In this document: in pieces, positions 23,977 through 37,021 of the stretch
Layout of the letters: every line of letters starts with the position of its first letter
Numbering within the stretch: the first letter of the stretch is position 1
NCBI RefSeq assembly: GCF_001194135.2
Contig: NC_069002.1
Location: forward strand, 4,633,900 to 4,682,508
DNA: 48,609 bases
Reading direction: 5' to 3'
DNA from: Octopus bimaculoides
Lineage: Eukaryota
Translations under genes and position numbers: made by a program
Notes under the pieces: generated by a model
What the model saw: only the letters and a program-made list of their open reading frames with translations
Databases searched by the model: none
What the model was told of the DNA's origin: nothing

Positions 23977-24833
23977 ATACTACGAGCTTTTTTCAGTTTC
24001 TGTTTCCCTATTCCACTCAAAAGGCTTTGGTCGGCCCGAGGCTAAAGTAGGAGATACTCGCTCAAGGTAACACGCAGTGGAACTATATAAACATTATCAA
24101 CCACATGTACGTATAGTCCATGTAGTGTGTATTTATCGGCGAGCTGCTGATGGCGTGGTAGAAAATACTCTTTCAAAAACACTTCTGAGTCATGGACAGG
24201 CGAGACACCCTCCCCATACCGCACACACACACACACATATATATAAATACAAACACATTTCCTTCTTTCTTTCTTTTTTGTTTCTTTGGAAATTCCAATC
24301 ACAATTGCCCACTCCAACATGGACAAATATATGAAAGGTCTCTGACGTTCTTACAAAATATTCAAAAGCTCTTTACTTTATTTCATTTCTCGTTATTTAC
24401 TCATTATTATTGTAAGTTGGTTTTAATTTATTCATTGTTGTTTTTGAAAGCTTTTCGTTGTTCTTTGTTCTGTTTCGTTATATTCTTTTTATTATTATTA
24501 TTATGGCTTGATAATTATTTGATTAAGTGAAAGATTTAATTCGGTCTTACGGTTACGAAGTAATTAAAAAAAAAATCATTATTTATTATTTCTGAGAAAT
24601 TTTCAAGTGTACACATGCACACACTCAATCACATCAATATCCTCATAGCATAACGCACGCACGCCCGTACACACACACACCTATTCTGTTCATCTTAATA
24701 GCAATTTAATTGCATATCTATCGACCTGTCTATTTTCTCCTACAGCCTGACTGCCTGTCTGTCTTTCTATCTATCTAGCTAGCTATCCACCCATCCGTCT
24801 GCTTATTTGTCTGTCTGTCCGTAAATCTCTTTT

Positions 24834-24883
<50 letters not shown>

Positions 24884-24956
24884 ATTTTCACTCTGTCTAT
24901 TTGTCTATAACATCTATCTCACGTTATCTCCGACACACACTCTCTCTCTTTCTCTT

Positions 24957-24991
<35 letters not shown>

Positions 24992-25475
24992 NNNNNNNNN
25001 NNNNNNNNNNNNNNNNNNNNNNNNNNNNNNNNNNNNNNNNNNNNNNNNNNNNNNNNNNNNNNNNNNNNNNNNNNNNNNNNNNNNNNNNNNNNNNNNNNNN
25101 NNNNNNNNNNNNNNNNNNNNNNNNNNNNNNNNNNNNNNNNNNNNNNNNNNNNNNNNNNNNNNNNNNNNNNNNNNNNNNNNNNNNNNNNNNNNNNNNNNNN
25201 NNNNNNNNNNNNNNNNNNNNNNNNNNNNNNNNNNNNNNNNNNNNNNNNNNNNNNNNNNNNNNNNNNNNNNNNNNNNNNNNNNNNNNNNNNNNNNNNNNNN
25301 NNNNNNNNNNNNNNNNNNNNNNNNNNNNNNNNNNNNNNNNNNNNNNNNNNNNNNNNNNNNNNNNNNNNNNNNNNNNNNNNNNNNNNNNNNNNNNNNNNNN
25401 NNNNNNNNNNNNNNNNNNNNNNNNNNNNNNNNNNNNNNNNNNNNNNNNNNNNNNNNNNNNNNNNNNNNNNNNNNN

Positions 25476-26855
25476 CCACGGTTTTCTAAGGCAAGGACAA
25501 TACGCGACTTCGTTAGAACAGTCCTTCCCGCAAAGTAAATTAAATAAAATTTGGAATTTTTTGCGGAGGCTGAAAGTGTTAACAAGAACAGGACAGTGAG
25601 AACAAGACAGTAAAAACAAACGGTGAGGGCTGTTAAGCCAAGACGAAAGAAAAATTATTATGAACGTTAGGTAGACGTGCCATGAGAGAAGAGACAGAAA
25701 AAACACGTCTTTTCTATAGGAAGGCAGTGGACAGAAAGAGACATCCCGTTTCGTCACGTTTCAGCGACGAGAGGGTCAAGGAGGAAGAGTGAGAGGGAGA
25801 GAGGGAACGGTGAAAGGGAGAGGAGAATAGGGAAAGGGTAGAAGAGAAAAACAAAGGATGAAGAACAAGAGAAGGAGAGAGATAGTAGAAGAGTGCGCAT
25901 TGTAATTATGAAGATAAAACTGATTTGGAAAAGGATGCGTGGCGTTCGATCATATAATAATATAAATAATATATAAATATATGCATATATCCATACATAT
26001 AGATACATACCTACATCTATATGTACACATACATGTATATATGGGTACAGGACCTCAAAAAAAAGAACATAAAAAACGTTAAACACAATGTATCCATACA
26101 TATAGATACATACCTACATCTATATGTATACATACATGCATATATGGGTACAGGACCTCAAAAAAAAAGAACAACAAAAAAACGTTAAACACAATGTATC
26201 CATACATACATATACATACCTACATCTATATATATATATATACATACATGCATATATGGGTACAAGACATAAAAAAAAAGAACAAAAAAAACGTTAAACA
26301 CAATGAGAAACGAAAACAGAAAACGAACTTTTTTCGAACAACGAAACAAACAAACAGAGAAACGAAACAACGCCACGCATCCATTTCCAAGTAAGTTTTA
26401 TCTTAATAATTACAATGCGCACTCTTCTACTATCTCTTCCCTGTCTATCTCTCTCCCTCTCTTGTTCTTCACCCTTTCTGTTTTCTCTCCCACCGTTTCC
26501 TTCTTCTTCTCTCCCTTTCACCGTTCCCTCTCTCTCTCTCTTACTCTTCCTCCTTGACCCTCTCGTCGCTGACACGTGACAAAACGGGATGTCTCTTTCT
26601 GTCCACTGCCTTCCTATAGAAAAGACGTGTTTTTTCTGTCTCTTCTCTCATGGCACGTCTACTTAACGTTCATAATAATTTTTCTTTCGTCGGCTTAACA
26701 GCCCTCACCGTTTGTTTTTACTGTCTTGTTCTCACTGTCCTGTTCTTGTTAACACTTTCAACCTCCGCAAAAAATTCCAAATTTTATTTAATTTACTTTG
26801 CGGGAAGGACTGTTCTAACGAAGTCGCGTATTGTCCTTGCCTTAGAAAACCGCGG
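25476..26855. repeat. Large fold-back: ~470-490-bp inverted arms (25476-25946 and 26369-26855)
   Basis: ccacggttttctaaggcaaggacaatacgcgacttcgttag is mirrored by ctaacgaagtcgcgtattgtccttgccttagaaaaccgcgg; complementarity continues across both arms with scattered substitutions and indels. Confidence 0.92.
25988..26305 (+). repeat. Three tandem ~103-109-bp units in the fold-back spacer
   Basis: tatccataca..atgggtaca.gac..aaaaaaaagaac..aacgttaaacacaatg three times. Confidence 0.92.
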
Positions 26856-27119
26856 AGTAGATGGAACAGGGACAACTGACGAAGGGGTATATTCTTTATG
26901 TTGCATGTCTCGTTTCTCTGTTTGTTTTTTTCGTTGTTCGAAAAAAGCTGATTTTATATAGTTTTATTCTAATTTATTATACAGTAACGTTATTTCATGA
27001 GCTTTTAACGGTTTTCTAATGATATTACGATTCCAATATTTGTGGCGGACAGACGTAGAGTCGAGTAAAATGACTTGACTTGATTTTTATTTTTCCATAT
27101 CTTATTTTTGAAAACCGAC

Positions 27120-27300
27120 GTATAATCGAGAACGACTGTTGGTGAGTTTATATCCCCGTAACTTAGCGATAGAATAAGTATCAGGCGCTTAAAAAAAATA
27201 AAAGGTCTAGGGGTCGATACATTCGCCTACAAATTCTTCGAGGCGGTGCTCCAGCATGGTCACAGTCGAATGACTGAAACAAGTAAAAGATAAAAGATAA
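27120..27300 (+). mobile_element. Module C, diverged
   Basis: atatccccgtaacttagcg..gaggcggtgctccagcatggtcacagtcgaatgactgaaacaagtaaaagataaaag. Confidence 0.82.
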
Positions 27301-27699
27301 CTATCCATTCGCCACCAAGCAAATATTTAAGTCCCCAGGGACTTAAATATGTGTAGGCAAGCGGGAAGGTGGCTGGGTGGATATTTATCTCTTCGTCTGT
27401 TATCTCTCTGTGACAATGTTTGATGCTCTTGTACAAGCATGGCGACAGGGATTCAAAAACTCCAGGGACGACCAATAATCAGTGCCACAACATCCACACA
27501 GGAGACAAACAAACAACACCAACAGGAAGAGATAAGAAAGCAAAGTGTCATAATTCGTCTCCCGAGACCCTGGCACTCATTCCGTCTGCTATGATTCCAT
27601 ATCTTTAAGATTTTGCTGTATTGGTCCTTTGTGACGCCACTTCATATCCGTAGCCAATTTGATAATTTGCTTTGCAGTGGTGGTTTACATGACTTAGCC

Positions 27700-28058
27700 G
27701 GGGATGGTGGGGAATGATGGTAGACTTCGCTATTATCTTTGCAGGTCCTCCCAACAGAATTAGAGCATCAAGAAGAAGAAGGCCCTGAAATATTTGTACT
27801 GGTTCTATGTACTCCAAGTTCGAATCCCGCCGAGATCAATTTGCTTTTCCTTTATCAATTCGGGTACGGGGTTGATAGCTATGGATGGTGGGGAGCGGTA
27901 GACTTCGTTATTATCTTTCCAGACCTTCCCAATAGAATTGTTTGAGCAGAGGGAAGAAGAAGGCCGTGCAGTATTTGTACTGGTTCTGTGTACTCCAAGT
28001 TCGAATCCGGCTGAATTCAGTTTGCCGTTCGTTTATCATTTCGGTTACGAGGTCGATG

Positions 28059-28060
<2 letters not shown>
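27700..28060 (+). repeat. Tandem duplication (~180 bp) containing a degraded A-like SINE head
   Basis: gatggtgggga..gtagacttcg.tattatcttt.cag..gaagaagaaggcc..tatttgtactggttct.tgtactccaagttcgaatcc twice. Confidence 0.85.
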
Positions 28061-28100
<40 letters not shown>

Positions 28101-28134
28101 TCTCTCTCTATTTGTGTATGTCTGTTTGCTGCAC

Positions 28135-28335
28135 CACCATCACCAGCGATGCTGGTACGTTTATGTCCCCGTAACCTAGCAGTTCGGCAAAAGAGACCGT
28201 TAGAATAAGTACTAGGCTTATAAAGAATAAGTACTAGGCTTATAAAGAATAAGTCCTGGAGTCGATTTGTTCGAGTAAAGGCGGTGTTCCAGCATGGCGG
28301 CAGTCAAATGACAGAAACAAGAGAATAAAAGAATA
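28135..28335 (+). mobile_element. Module C with internal 22-bp tandem duplication
   Basis: agaataagtactaggcttataa at 28202-28223 and 28224-28245. Confidence 0.87.
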
Positions 28336-28339
28336 AAAT

Positions 28340-28391
<52 letters not shown>

Positions 28392-28487
28392 ACACATATA
28401 TATACATGCATTCATATACACACACATATATATATATACATAGAGACAGACATACATACATACATGCACATAAACATTCATATATGA

Positions 28488-28529
<42 letters not shown>

Positions 28530-28551
28530 TATATACGCATAAATATATTCA

Positions 28552-28585
<34 letters not shown>

Positions 28586-29376
28586 CAGATGTGTGTGTGT
28601 GTGCCTGTGCGTGCGTGTGCATGCGTGTGTGTGTGTGTATGTGGCCTGTGTTGGTGTATGTATGTATGAATATANNNNNNNNNNNNNNNNNNNNNNNNNN
28701 NNNNNNNNNNNNNNNNNNNNNNNNNNNNNNNNNNNNNNNNNNNNNNNNNNNNNNNNNNNNNNNNNNNNNNNNNNNNNNNNNNNNNNNNNNNNNNNNNNNN
28801 NNNNNNNNNNNNNNNNNNNNNNNNNNNNNNNNNNNNNNNNNNNNNNNNNNNNNNNNNNNNNNNNNNNNNNNNNNNNNNNNNNNNNNNNNNNNNNNNNNNN
28901 NNNNNNNNNNNNNNNNNNNNNNNNNNNNNNNNNNNNNNNNNNNNNNNNNNNNNNNNNNNNNNNNNNNNNNNNNNNNNNNNNNNNNNNNNNNNNNNNNNNN
29001 NNNNNNNNNNNNNNNNNNNNNNNNNNNNNNNNNNNNNNNNNNNNNNNNNNNNNNNNNNNNNNNNNNNNNNNNNNNNNNNNNNNNNNNNNNNNNNNNNNNN
29101 NNNNNNNNNNNNNNNNNNNNNNNNNNNNNNNNNNNNNNNNNNNNNNNNNNNNNNNNNNNNNNNNNNNNNNNNNNNNNNNNNNNNNNNNNNNNNNNNNNNN
29201 NNNNNNNNNNNNNNNNNNNNNNNNNNNNNNNNNNNNNNNNNNNNNNNNNNNNNNNNNNNNNNNNNNNNNNNNNNNNNNNNNNNNNNNNNNNNNNNNNNNN
29301 NNNNNNNNNNNNNNNNNNNNNNNNNNNNNNNNNNNNNNNNNNNNNNNNNNNNNNNNNNNNNNNNNTTCATATATGA

Positions 29377-29419
<43 letters not shown>

Positions 29420-30103
29420 TACATATATACGTATATACATGAATATCTATATGTATATAACATAATATAGTATTGCACAACAAAATCTCACCACACATTT
29501 AAGTCTCGGCAGATGTAAAATCTTAGTGAAGGGCAATCGCTATGTATCAATGTCTCATGCAATATATACGTCAGAATCTCAACAAAGGACAACTCTGAAA
29601 TCACGCGAACAAAAGATACAAAAGGCTCACAGTCGACAACGCAAACAAACAAGCACATCAAACGTATACGTCCCATCATCAGCTGTTTAACGGATATCAG
29701 CATGATTTCGACATCTGGACTGTACCATTCAAGCTGCCGATGTCAGTGGTGTTAAAAAACATAAACGCTGCCTGAGAATTAATAGACAAGAAGCACGAAG
29801 CAGACATAAGCACAATGTCTTCACCATGTCTACACCTGCTTAGAATTACAACACATGACTACAAGCGCCAAGTCTCAAACATATATCGTCACTTGCCTAA
29901 AGCTAGCAGGCTTAGAATTTTATAAATGAAATACAGAAAATAGAGAAATGCGATCAAATCGCACATTGCTACCCAAAAAACTATGGAATTTAAAAAGCAA
30001 TAAAGCATTGAAATAAACTAGTTATGTAAATGTAGTGAATAGAAGATTTAAAACGTAGTTGAAAATATATATGTTGTAAACACATAAAACGAAATATAAT
30101 AAA

Positions 30104-30335
30104 GGCGCAGGCGTGGCTGTGTGGTAAGAAGCTTGCTTCCCAACCACATGGTTCAGGTTTCAGTCCCACTGCATAGCACCTTGAGCAAATGTCTTCTACT
30201 ATAGCCTTGGGCTGACCAAAGCCTTCAGGTAAAGCCTTAGTAAACGGCAACTGAAAGAAGCCCATCGTATATATATATATGTGTATATGTTTGTGTGTCT
30301 GTGTTTTTCCTCCTCCCCGCTATCGCTTGACAACG
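30104..30335 (+). mobile_element. SINE family B with start of module C
   Basis: aggcgcaggcgtggctgtgtggtaagaagcttgcttcccaaccacatggttcaggtttcagtccc..ctatcgcttgacaac. Confidence 0.9.
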
Positions 30336-30960
30336 ACGTAAAACTCTTTTGGTTTCAAAGCGAAGAACTCTGAAATGTCAGTTTCGATCTCCTCTTGGCT
30401 TTCGAAAGTTATGTCCCCGAAATGATTCTGTAAACTACGAAACAAATGGTAGTCTGAAGGAGCAAGGTCGGGAGAATAAGGTGGATGAGGAATTTTTTCC
30501 CAACCAAGCTCTCCGATCTTTGCAATGTGGGGTCGCGCATTGTCCTGATGAAACATCACTCCTTTTCGATTCACTAAAGCGGGTCATTTTTCTCTTCAAA
30601 GCTTGGTTCAAACGCCCTAATTGCTGACAGTAGACTTGAGCATTGATTGTTGCATCAGGTGGTAACAATTCAAAGTGAATTACTCCTTTGCAATCCCACC
30701 AGAGGGAGAGAAGAACCTTTTCCCCCATGAAGCCCCCTTCTCAGTGATACTTGAAGAAGTTGATGAGAGATTCACCAGAGAGGAAAGTGTTTGTCTCTCG
30801 ACCTTTCAGATGCGTCCACCATACACATTCTTTCGCCATANNNNNNNNNNTGTTTGTCTCTCGACCTTTCAGATGCGTCCACCATACACATTCTTTCGCC
30901 ATAGCCACAAGTACGATGAAAATGGCTCTTCCTTCCCGTTTCAAGGAATATTCACGATAG
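30336..30960 (-). pseudogene. Mariner (DD34D-type) transposase catalytic-domain remnant
   Basis: KVLLSLWWDCKGVIHFELLP..YCQQL..L; [37 protein letters not shown]. Only 29 residues lie between the second and third Asp (5-aa deletion relative to 34), and there is a frameshift near 30580. Confidence 0.95.
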
Positions 30961-31544
30961 ACTCGGTTGATAAACTGACTCGTCCCACACGCAGATAAAT
31001 AGATAGATAGATTGATAGATAATGTTGCCTGTTGCTTCCGTCTCACAAATTTTGATCTGTCTTTTTACTTCCATCGGCTACCGTTTCCTCCCCTTCCTCT
31101 CTCTTTTCCTCTTTCATTACACCTCTCCTTACCTTCTCAGCTTTTCCTTCTCCACTGCCTTTCCCCTCCCTCGTTCCTCTCATTCTCTTTTTTTCCTTTT
31201 ATGATTGCTTTTCTTCTCTTCATGCCGCATCCTATCCTTTCCCACCAACCTCTTTGTTGGCGTATTTTACATTTATCCCTTCGTCCCTTTTCCTTCTCTC
31301 TCTCTCTTCCCCCCTTTATTTGTTCTCCCTATTTTCCCTTGTATATTTAACTTTAAACAACTGTCTTAACCTCTTAACATTCTCCAAACATTCTCCCCTT
31401 CCTCCAACTTCCTCTTTATTCCATATCCTTTCACTCAGCCCTCAACTTGACTCCCCTCTTTTCCCTCTCTCATTGAGGTACTGCCACTTCGTCTCCCGAC
31501 TTTTTGACTCCTCTCTCGCCATTCTTCCTTTCCGTTACTCTATC

Positions 31545-31965
31545 TCTGTTTATCTTTTATTCTTTTACTTGTTCCAGTCAGTGGACTGCGGCCATGCTGG
31601 AGCACCACCTTGAAGGGCTTTTGTCGAACGAATCATCGACCCCCAAAACTTAAGCTTCGTATTTATTCTATCGGTTTGTCATGCCGACACCAGGCGGCGT
31701 GCTGGCAGAAACGTTAGCACGCTGGGTGAAATGCTTAGCGGCATTTCGTCTGTCTTTACGTTCTGAGTTCAAATTCCGCCGAAGTCGACTTTGCCTTTCA
31801 TCCTTTTGGGGGCGGTCGATAAATTAAGTACCAGTTGCGTACTGAAGTAGATCTAATCGACTGGCCTCCTCCCCAAAATTTCAGGCTTTGTGTTTATAGT
31901 AGAAAAGTTTGTCATACCGAACTGCTAAGTTAATGACGCAAACAAACCAACATCGGCTGTCAAGC
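31545..31965 (-). mobile_element. Module C interrupted by a nested SINE A
   Basis: C sequence resumes after the insert at ccgaactgctaagtta. Confidence 0.85.
31688..31906 (+). mobile_element. SINE A nested in module C, 14-bp TSD
   Basis: gtttgtcatgccga at 31674-31687 and gtttgtcataccga at 31907-31920. Confidence 0.88.
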
Positions 31966-32638
31966 GATGGCGGGAACAAACAAAGACATATACATATCAT
32001 TTAACGATATTTATTTCTCAATGAATGCCGTACTTTTTCTTTGTTAATCTTGCCTTAAACTACATGCATACATACATAAACGCATGCATGCATACATATA
32101 TACATACATGCAAATCTGCACATATACATACATACAAAAATACCCTGTTGCTGATGTTGAAATTCCAAAGAAGGAGCCTTGGATCTAGGTTAGAAACCGG
32201 CGCTCTCTCTATTGGCAAGAAATCTTGAAATAAAACTGAACAATGACATACATCCATATATATGTACGTCCGTGCATGCATGCATACATACATACATACA
32301 TACATACATACATACACATATACATACAAATTTAACTCCCGAAACCACTAAAGGCACCAACCTTATGATAGTCACGGGGTTCGGACACATCAAGTTAAAC
32401 GGTCTTTCCCCTTGTGAGATAAACTCACAGAATGAAATAGTTGGACAAAGGCTAATGTGACTGCCTTCAGTGGCTTTCCAAGTTAAATTCTGACTCTCAT
32501 TTCTAGCAATCGCCGGTGCTATTTTGCACCCTCATTTATGAATTCCTTTTTGGTTTCTAATTGCTAACGAGCCACCTATATTATAATGCATTTAATATAT
32601 CTTAATATATTAACATATAATTATAATATCTTATTGCA

Positions 32639-32679
<41 letters not shown>

Positions 32680-33294
32680 TAGGATAAAATCTTTATAAGA
32701 ACTTATCAAGTAGTCAGCGTGAAAAAACTCCATAAGGAAAAAAAACCCATCGTTTTTTTCCCATAAATATATAATAATTTATATAAGGGCATTAACTATA
32801 TAGTAATGCCTCACGCTTANNNNNNNNNNNNNNNNNNNNNNNNNNNNNNNNNNNNNNNNNNNNNNNNNNNNNNNNNNNNNNNNNNNNNNNNNNNNNNNNN
32901 NNNNNNNNNNNNNNNNNNNNNNNNNNNNNNNNNNNNNNNNNNNNNNNNNNNNNNNNNNNNNNNNNNNNNNNNNNNNNNNNNNNNNNNNNNNNNNNNNNNN
33001 NNNNNNNNNNNNNNNNNNNNNNNNNNNNNNNNNNNNNNNNNNNNNNNNNNNNNNNNNNNNNNNNNNNNNNNNNNNNNNNNNNNNNNNNNNNNNNNNNNNN
33101 NNNNNNNNNNNNNNATCACCATCGCGGTCACTAGCGTGCCCTCCACCTTTCCCCCCTTCTCTTTAGACTTCCCTTATCTCAACATCACCCCTTACCTTCC
33201 ACCACACCTTGACTTTTACCCTCACGGCTATTACTTTCTCCCCTCCCCTTCCTCACTTTCCGCTACATCTTTCACCTTTACTTCTCCCCCCCTC

Positions 33295-33335
<41 letters not shown>

Positions 33336-34136
33336 ATATCTCTCTCTCTCTGTCTCTCTATATCTCTCTCTCCCTCATTTCTCCTCTTTCCTTTTGGCAT
33401 CCCCTTCCTCCTCGTTACTCTCTCATATTACATGTAATCCTCACAGCTACCGTTCAGACGCTTCCCCTATTTTCTTTCAATCGTTTTTATACACTTTCTC
33501 TTCCTCCCTCTCTCTCTCTCTCTTTCGCTCCCTCCCATTCTTATACCTTTTTATACCTTTTCTTTTACTTTCATTCTCACCATCATCAGCACCACTATCA
33601 ACTCTCTTCACACTTAACTTCTCTCACTCTCTCATCCTTTCTCTCTCACACACTCTCTCATCTCCCTAACCCCCTTCTCCCACTTTACTCTCTCTCTCTC
33701 ATATTATCTCTCTTTCTGTTATCTCTCCCTCCCCATCATTTACTTTCTCTCTCTCTCTCTCTCTTTATCTTTACCAAGCTTTGCCTGTTACCTTTCTCAC
33801 CCTTCCACACTTCAAACTTACTTTTTCATTTCTCTCACCCTCTCTCTCCTACCTTACTCTTTCTCTCTTACTCTCCCTATCATATGTTGCTCTCTTTCAT
33901 CTCCAGCTCACTCACTCTCTCTCTCTCTGGCTTTATTTGTTTTCTACATCTTTCTGTCTTTCTCCAGCTTCATTCTACTTTCTTTCTCCCCTTCCTCCAT
34001 GGCTTTCTTCAACGTCAACACACACACACGTACGCACACACATGCACATATACACAACCACACACATTTCGTTTCTTTCTCTTTCTCCCTCTCTTTCTCA
34101 CAATCTTTTACCCTCTCAGTGTATCTTCACCTTCTT

Positions 34137-34181
<45 letters not shown>

Positions 34182-34345
34182 TACACACACGCACAGAAAC
34201 GCATAAACATATACACCCTCTCTGCTATTTTTTAAGCACACACACACACACACTTAGCTCATTCTTTCCTACTCCTTGTTTTCTTCGTAAACACATACAC
34301 ACACACACAAACACACACGTTTCTTATTTCTTTCTTTGCACACGT

Positions 34346-34383
<38 letters not shown>

Positions 34384-35215
34384 TCCCACATACCCATACA
34401 CGAGTTTTGTTACACATTTTTATTACACGCGCGCGCACACACATGAAATACATATACACACATACGAGATACACAGACACACACACGCCCGCACAACAAA
34501 TATATATATATATATATATATACATACATATACACGGTCACACCGGATATATATATAGAGAGAGAGAGAGAGAGATATGTATATATACACACACATATAC
34601 ATTTACTCTATCTAATAGAAACACACACAAACACACACACGTACACACACATAGATAGATATATACAGATACATCATACATTTACCACTGTCTCTGTTTT
34701 ACCTTCCCCTCACTACAACTACCACCTTTCTCCTCCTCCTCGACCTCCGTCATGTTTTGTTTCTCTCTTTCTCCCCTTTTCCTCCTCCCCTTCTCCTCTT
34801 ATACTCTTCTATAGCCTCCCTCCCTCACCTTCATCTATTGGTATGCATTACTTATACACACACACACACTATTAAGCACTCACACATACATTAAACACTC
34901 ACACATAACGCGCACACACACACATATTTATACATATATATATACTTACTGACACTCACACACATACACACTCACGCACTTGCCTTCCTGCCTTACCTAC
35001 CAACCAACCAACCAGCCAGCCAGCCAACCAGCCAACCAGCCTACCCACCACCATACCGTCCTACCTACCTATCTTGGCTAGTTTGGTGGGTTGTGCTTTT
35101 TCTTCTTTTTTTTTTCTGGTGCCCGGTTTTTTTTTATCAATTCCTCTGTTGGTTCGGCTTTTTCTCTTTTTTTTCTTCTTGTTTATTCATTAACACTAGT
35201 CGTGTGTACTTGCAG

Positions 35216-35265
35216 TCCCGCTTACAGACGGGCTCGGAGGAAACAAACATGTTACAATTCTCTAA
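35216..35265 (+). CDS. Candidate terminal coding exon, (V)PLTDGLGGNKHVTIL-stop in phase 1; a phase-0 frame runs to 35326
   Basis: Long pyrimidine tract, branch-like cattaac at ~35188-35194, acceptor acttgcag; followed by ~1.2 kb of AT-rich UTR-like sequence. Confidence 0.45.
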
Positions 35266-36530
35266 ACAAACACACCAACATTACATTAAGGAAAGCTCCC
35301 CTGAAAATAGCTTAATTTATATATAAAATAAGCGTTTAATTTAATATACGTTTACACCCACCTCTCACCTTCCCTAGCTTGCTAATTATGTAATTTCAAA
35401 TATTAAATATATGTGATAATTTCAAATTAAATTTAGCTAACATAGGCAATCATCAGTCACGAACGGGAAGTATCTTAACAGAAAACAATAGACGTAAAGA
35501 AAACTTGCCTCTTATTTATATTTATATCCCAACATGTATCTTAAGTAATATATAATATATAATTGTTTTTAATTCAAATTTAATTCGATATAGCATAATA
35601 AGTAATAAACATTGGAAAATCAATGTTACATTATTAAGTCCAATATTTAAAGGAAAGCAAAACACAAGTAAAAATCATCAAATTTTAAGTCATTATTTTT
35701 CAGTACTTCACTTCATAAACAACGAAACACATTCGCTTTCTATATTTCTTACCCTGGGATACTTTTTTACGTATATTCTAAGTAAGCACGGAAATCGCTT
35801 TACCAGGAATACTTGTGCATATACTCTCGCACAGGACAAAAACGGAAAGGACTTGTTTTTATAAAGAAAGAATAAGAGTAAGTTTAAAACAAGATAATAC
35901 CCATCACGCATACAGGAAGAGAAAGAACGATATATATACATATATATACATATGAATATATCTAAAGGAGAATTTTATCCTTTTTCAAGTATTATGTATT
36001 GGTTTGTCTTCTTATCTCGGACTTAAACTGTAACAGTTATTCTTCTGTTTATCGCATTTGGATATTTGCTTAATTCCGACGAGTTTCTTTTACGTTCAGG
36101 TAAAGTATTGAGTTGTTTTTTTGTTTTTATAGTTTATGTTACAAAAGAAAGGAAAAATTAACAAAACTTAGTCAATGATATAACTGTAATTATTTCATTA
36201 ATTGATTAATTATTATTGTGTTTATCATCATCAATGTTTGCTGTAACATTTAGTTGAGATTCAAGAAAAAAAGAAAAAAAAACATTTCGATGCATGATGT
36301 GTGTACTTGTAATTGTAAGCGTGTGGGTGTGAATGAGATGTCGGTTGTATGAGAAAGAGTGCGCGCGTGCGTTATGTGTGTGTGTTTGTGTGTGTCAGCG
36401 TGCGTGTGCATGTGTGTGTATTGTAATCTGTTGTGTGTATGCAACAGGTTTACGATGTGAGTGTGGGACCAGATTTATTTTTTTTCTTCGTTTTTCTCTT
36501 TAATAATAAAAGCATGATGCTTTGTTTAAA
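35266..36530 (+). other. Putative 3' UTR with AATAAA at 36505-36510
   Basis: AT-rich, SINE-free stretch; AATAAA followed by T/GT-rich sequence. Confidence 0.35.
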
Positions 36531-36975
36531 TTATACATCGTTATTATATTTGTGTGCATCTATACTATAAAAGGCAGATTTTCTCTGTGTGTGTATGTTT
36601 AAAATTCATACATTTACACAATTCCAAATTTCTTGGATTAAAGAATCGCAATTAATATTCTAAATACTCCGGAAAATATTTTAAAATNNNNNNNNNNAAA
36701 TAAGGGGGGGGGACGGTTCAGATTACATATAGTCCATCTGGACCATCATTTAACACCTCCCCACCTAATGGGGTTTGTAACACAGGACAGAGCCCCTTTG
36801 AAAGTGCAAATACATCCACATTTCATGGAAGGTACATAGAATTTTAGTACATGTTCTTGGAATAAGTGTCCTACAAAACTTCAACAATGCATATCTCATT
36901 ATAGACTTTGTAACGTAATTTTATGTATTAGAAAAGGAATATTTGACCCATAGGTACACAGACGTTGAGCTTTAT

Positions 36976-37021
<46 letters not shown>

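Noticed and set aside
25988-26305. CRISPR-like array
   Set aside because: Units are whole tandem copies without unique spacers, in animal DNA with no cas genes.
30789-30902. 52-bp direct repeat inside the mariner remnant
   Set aside because: The copies are identical and flank a 10-N gap: an unmerged contig overlap.
32165-32205. ccaaaga-ag-gagcct..aggtta-gaaac-cggc as another hammerhead
   Set aside because: Core and cleavage triplet too degenerate to support; at most an old remnant.
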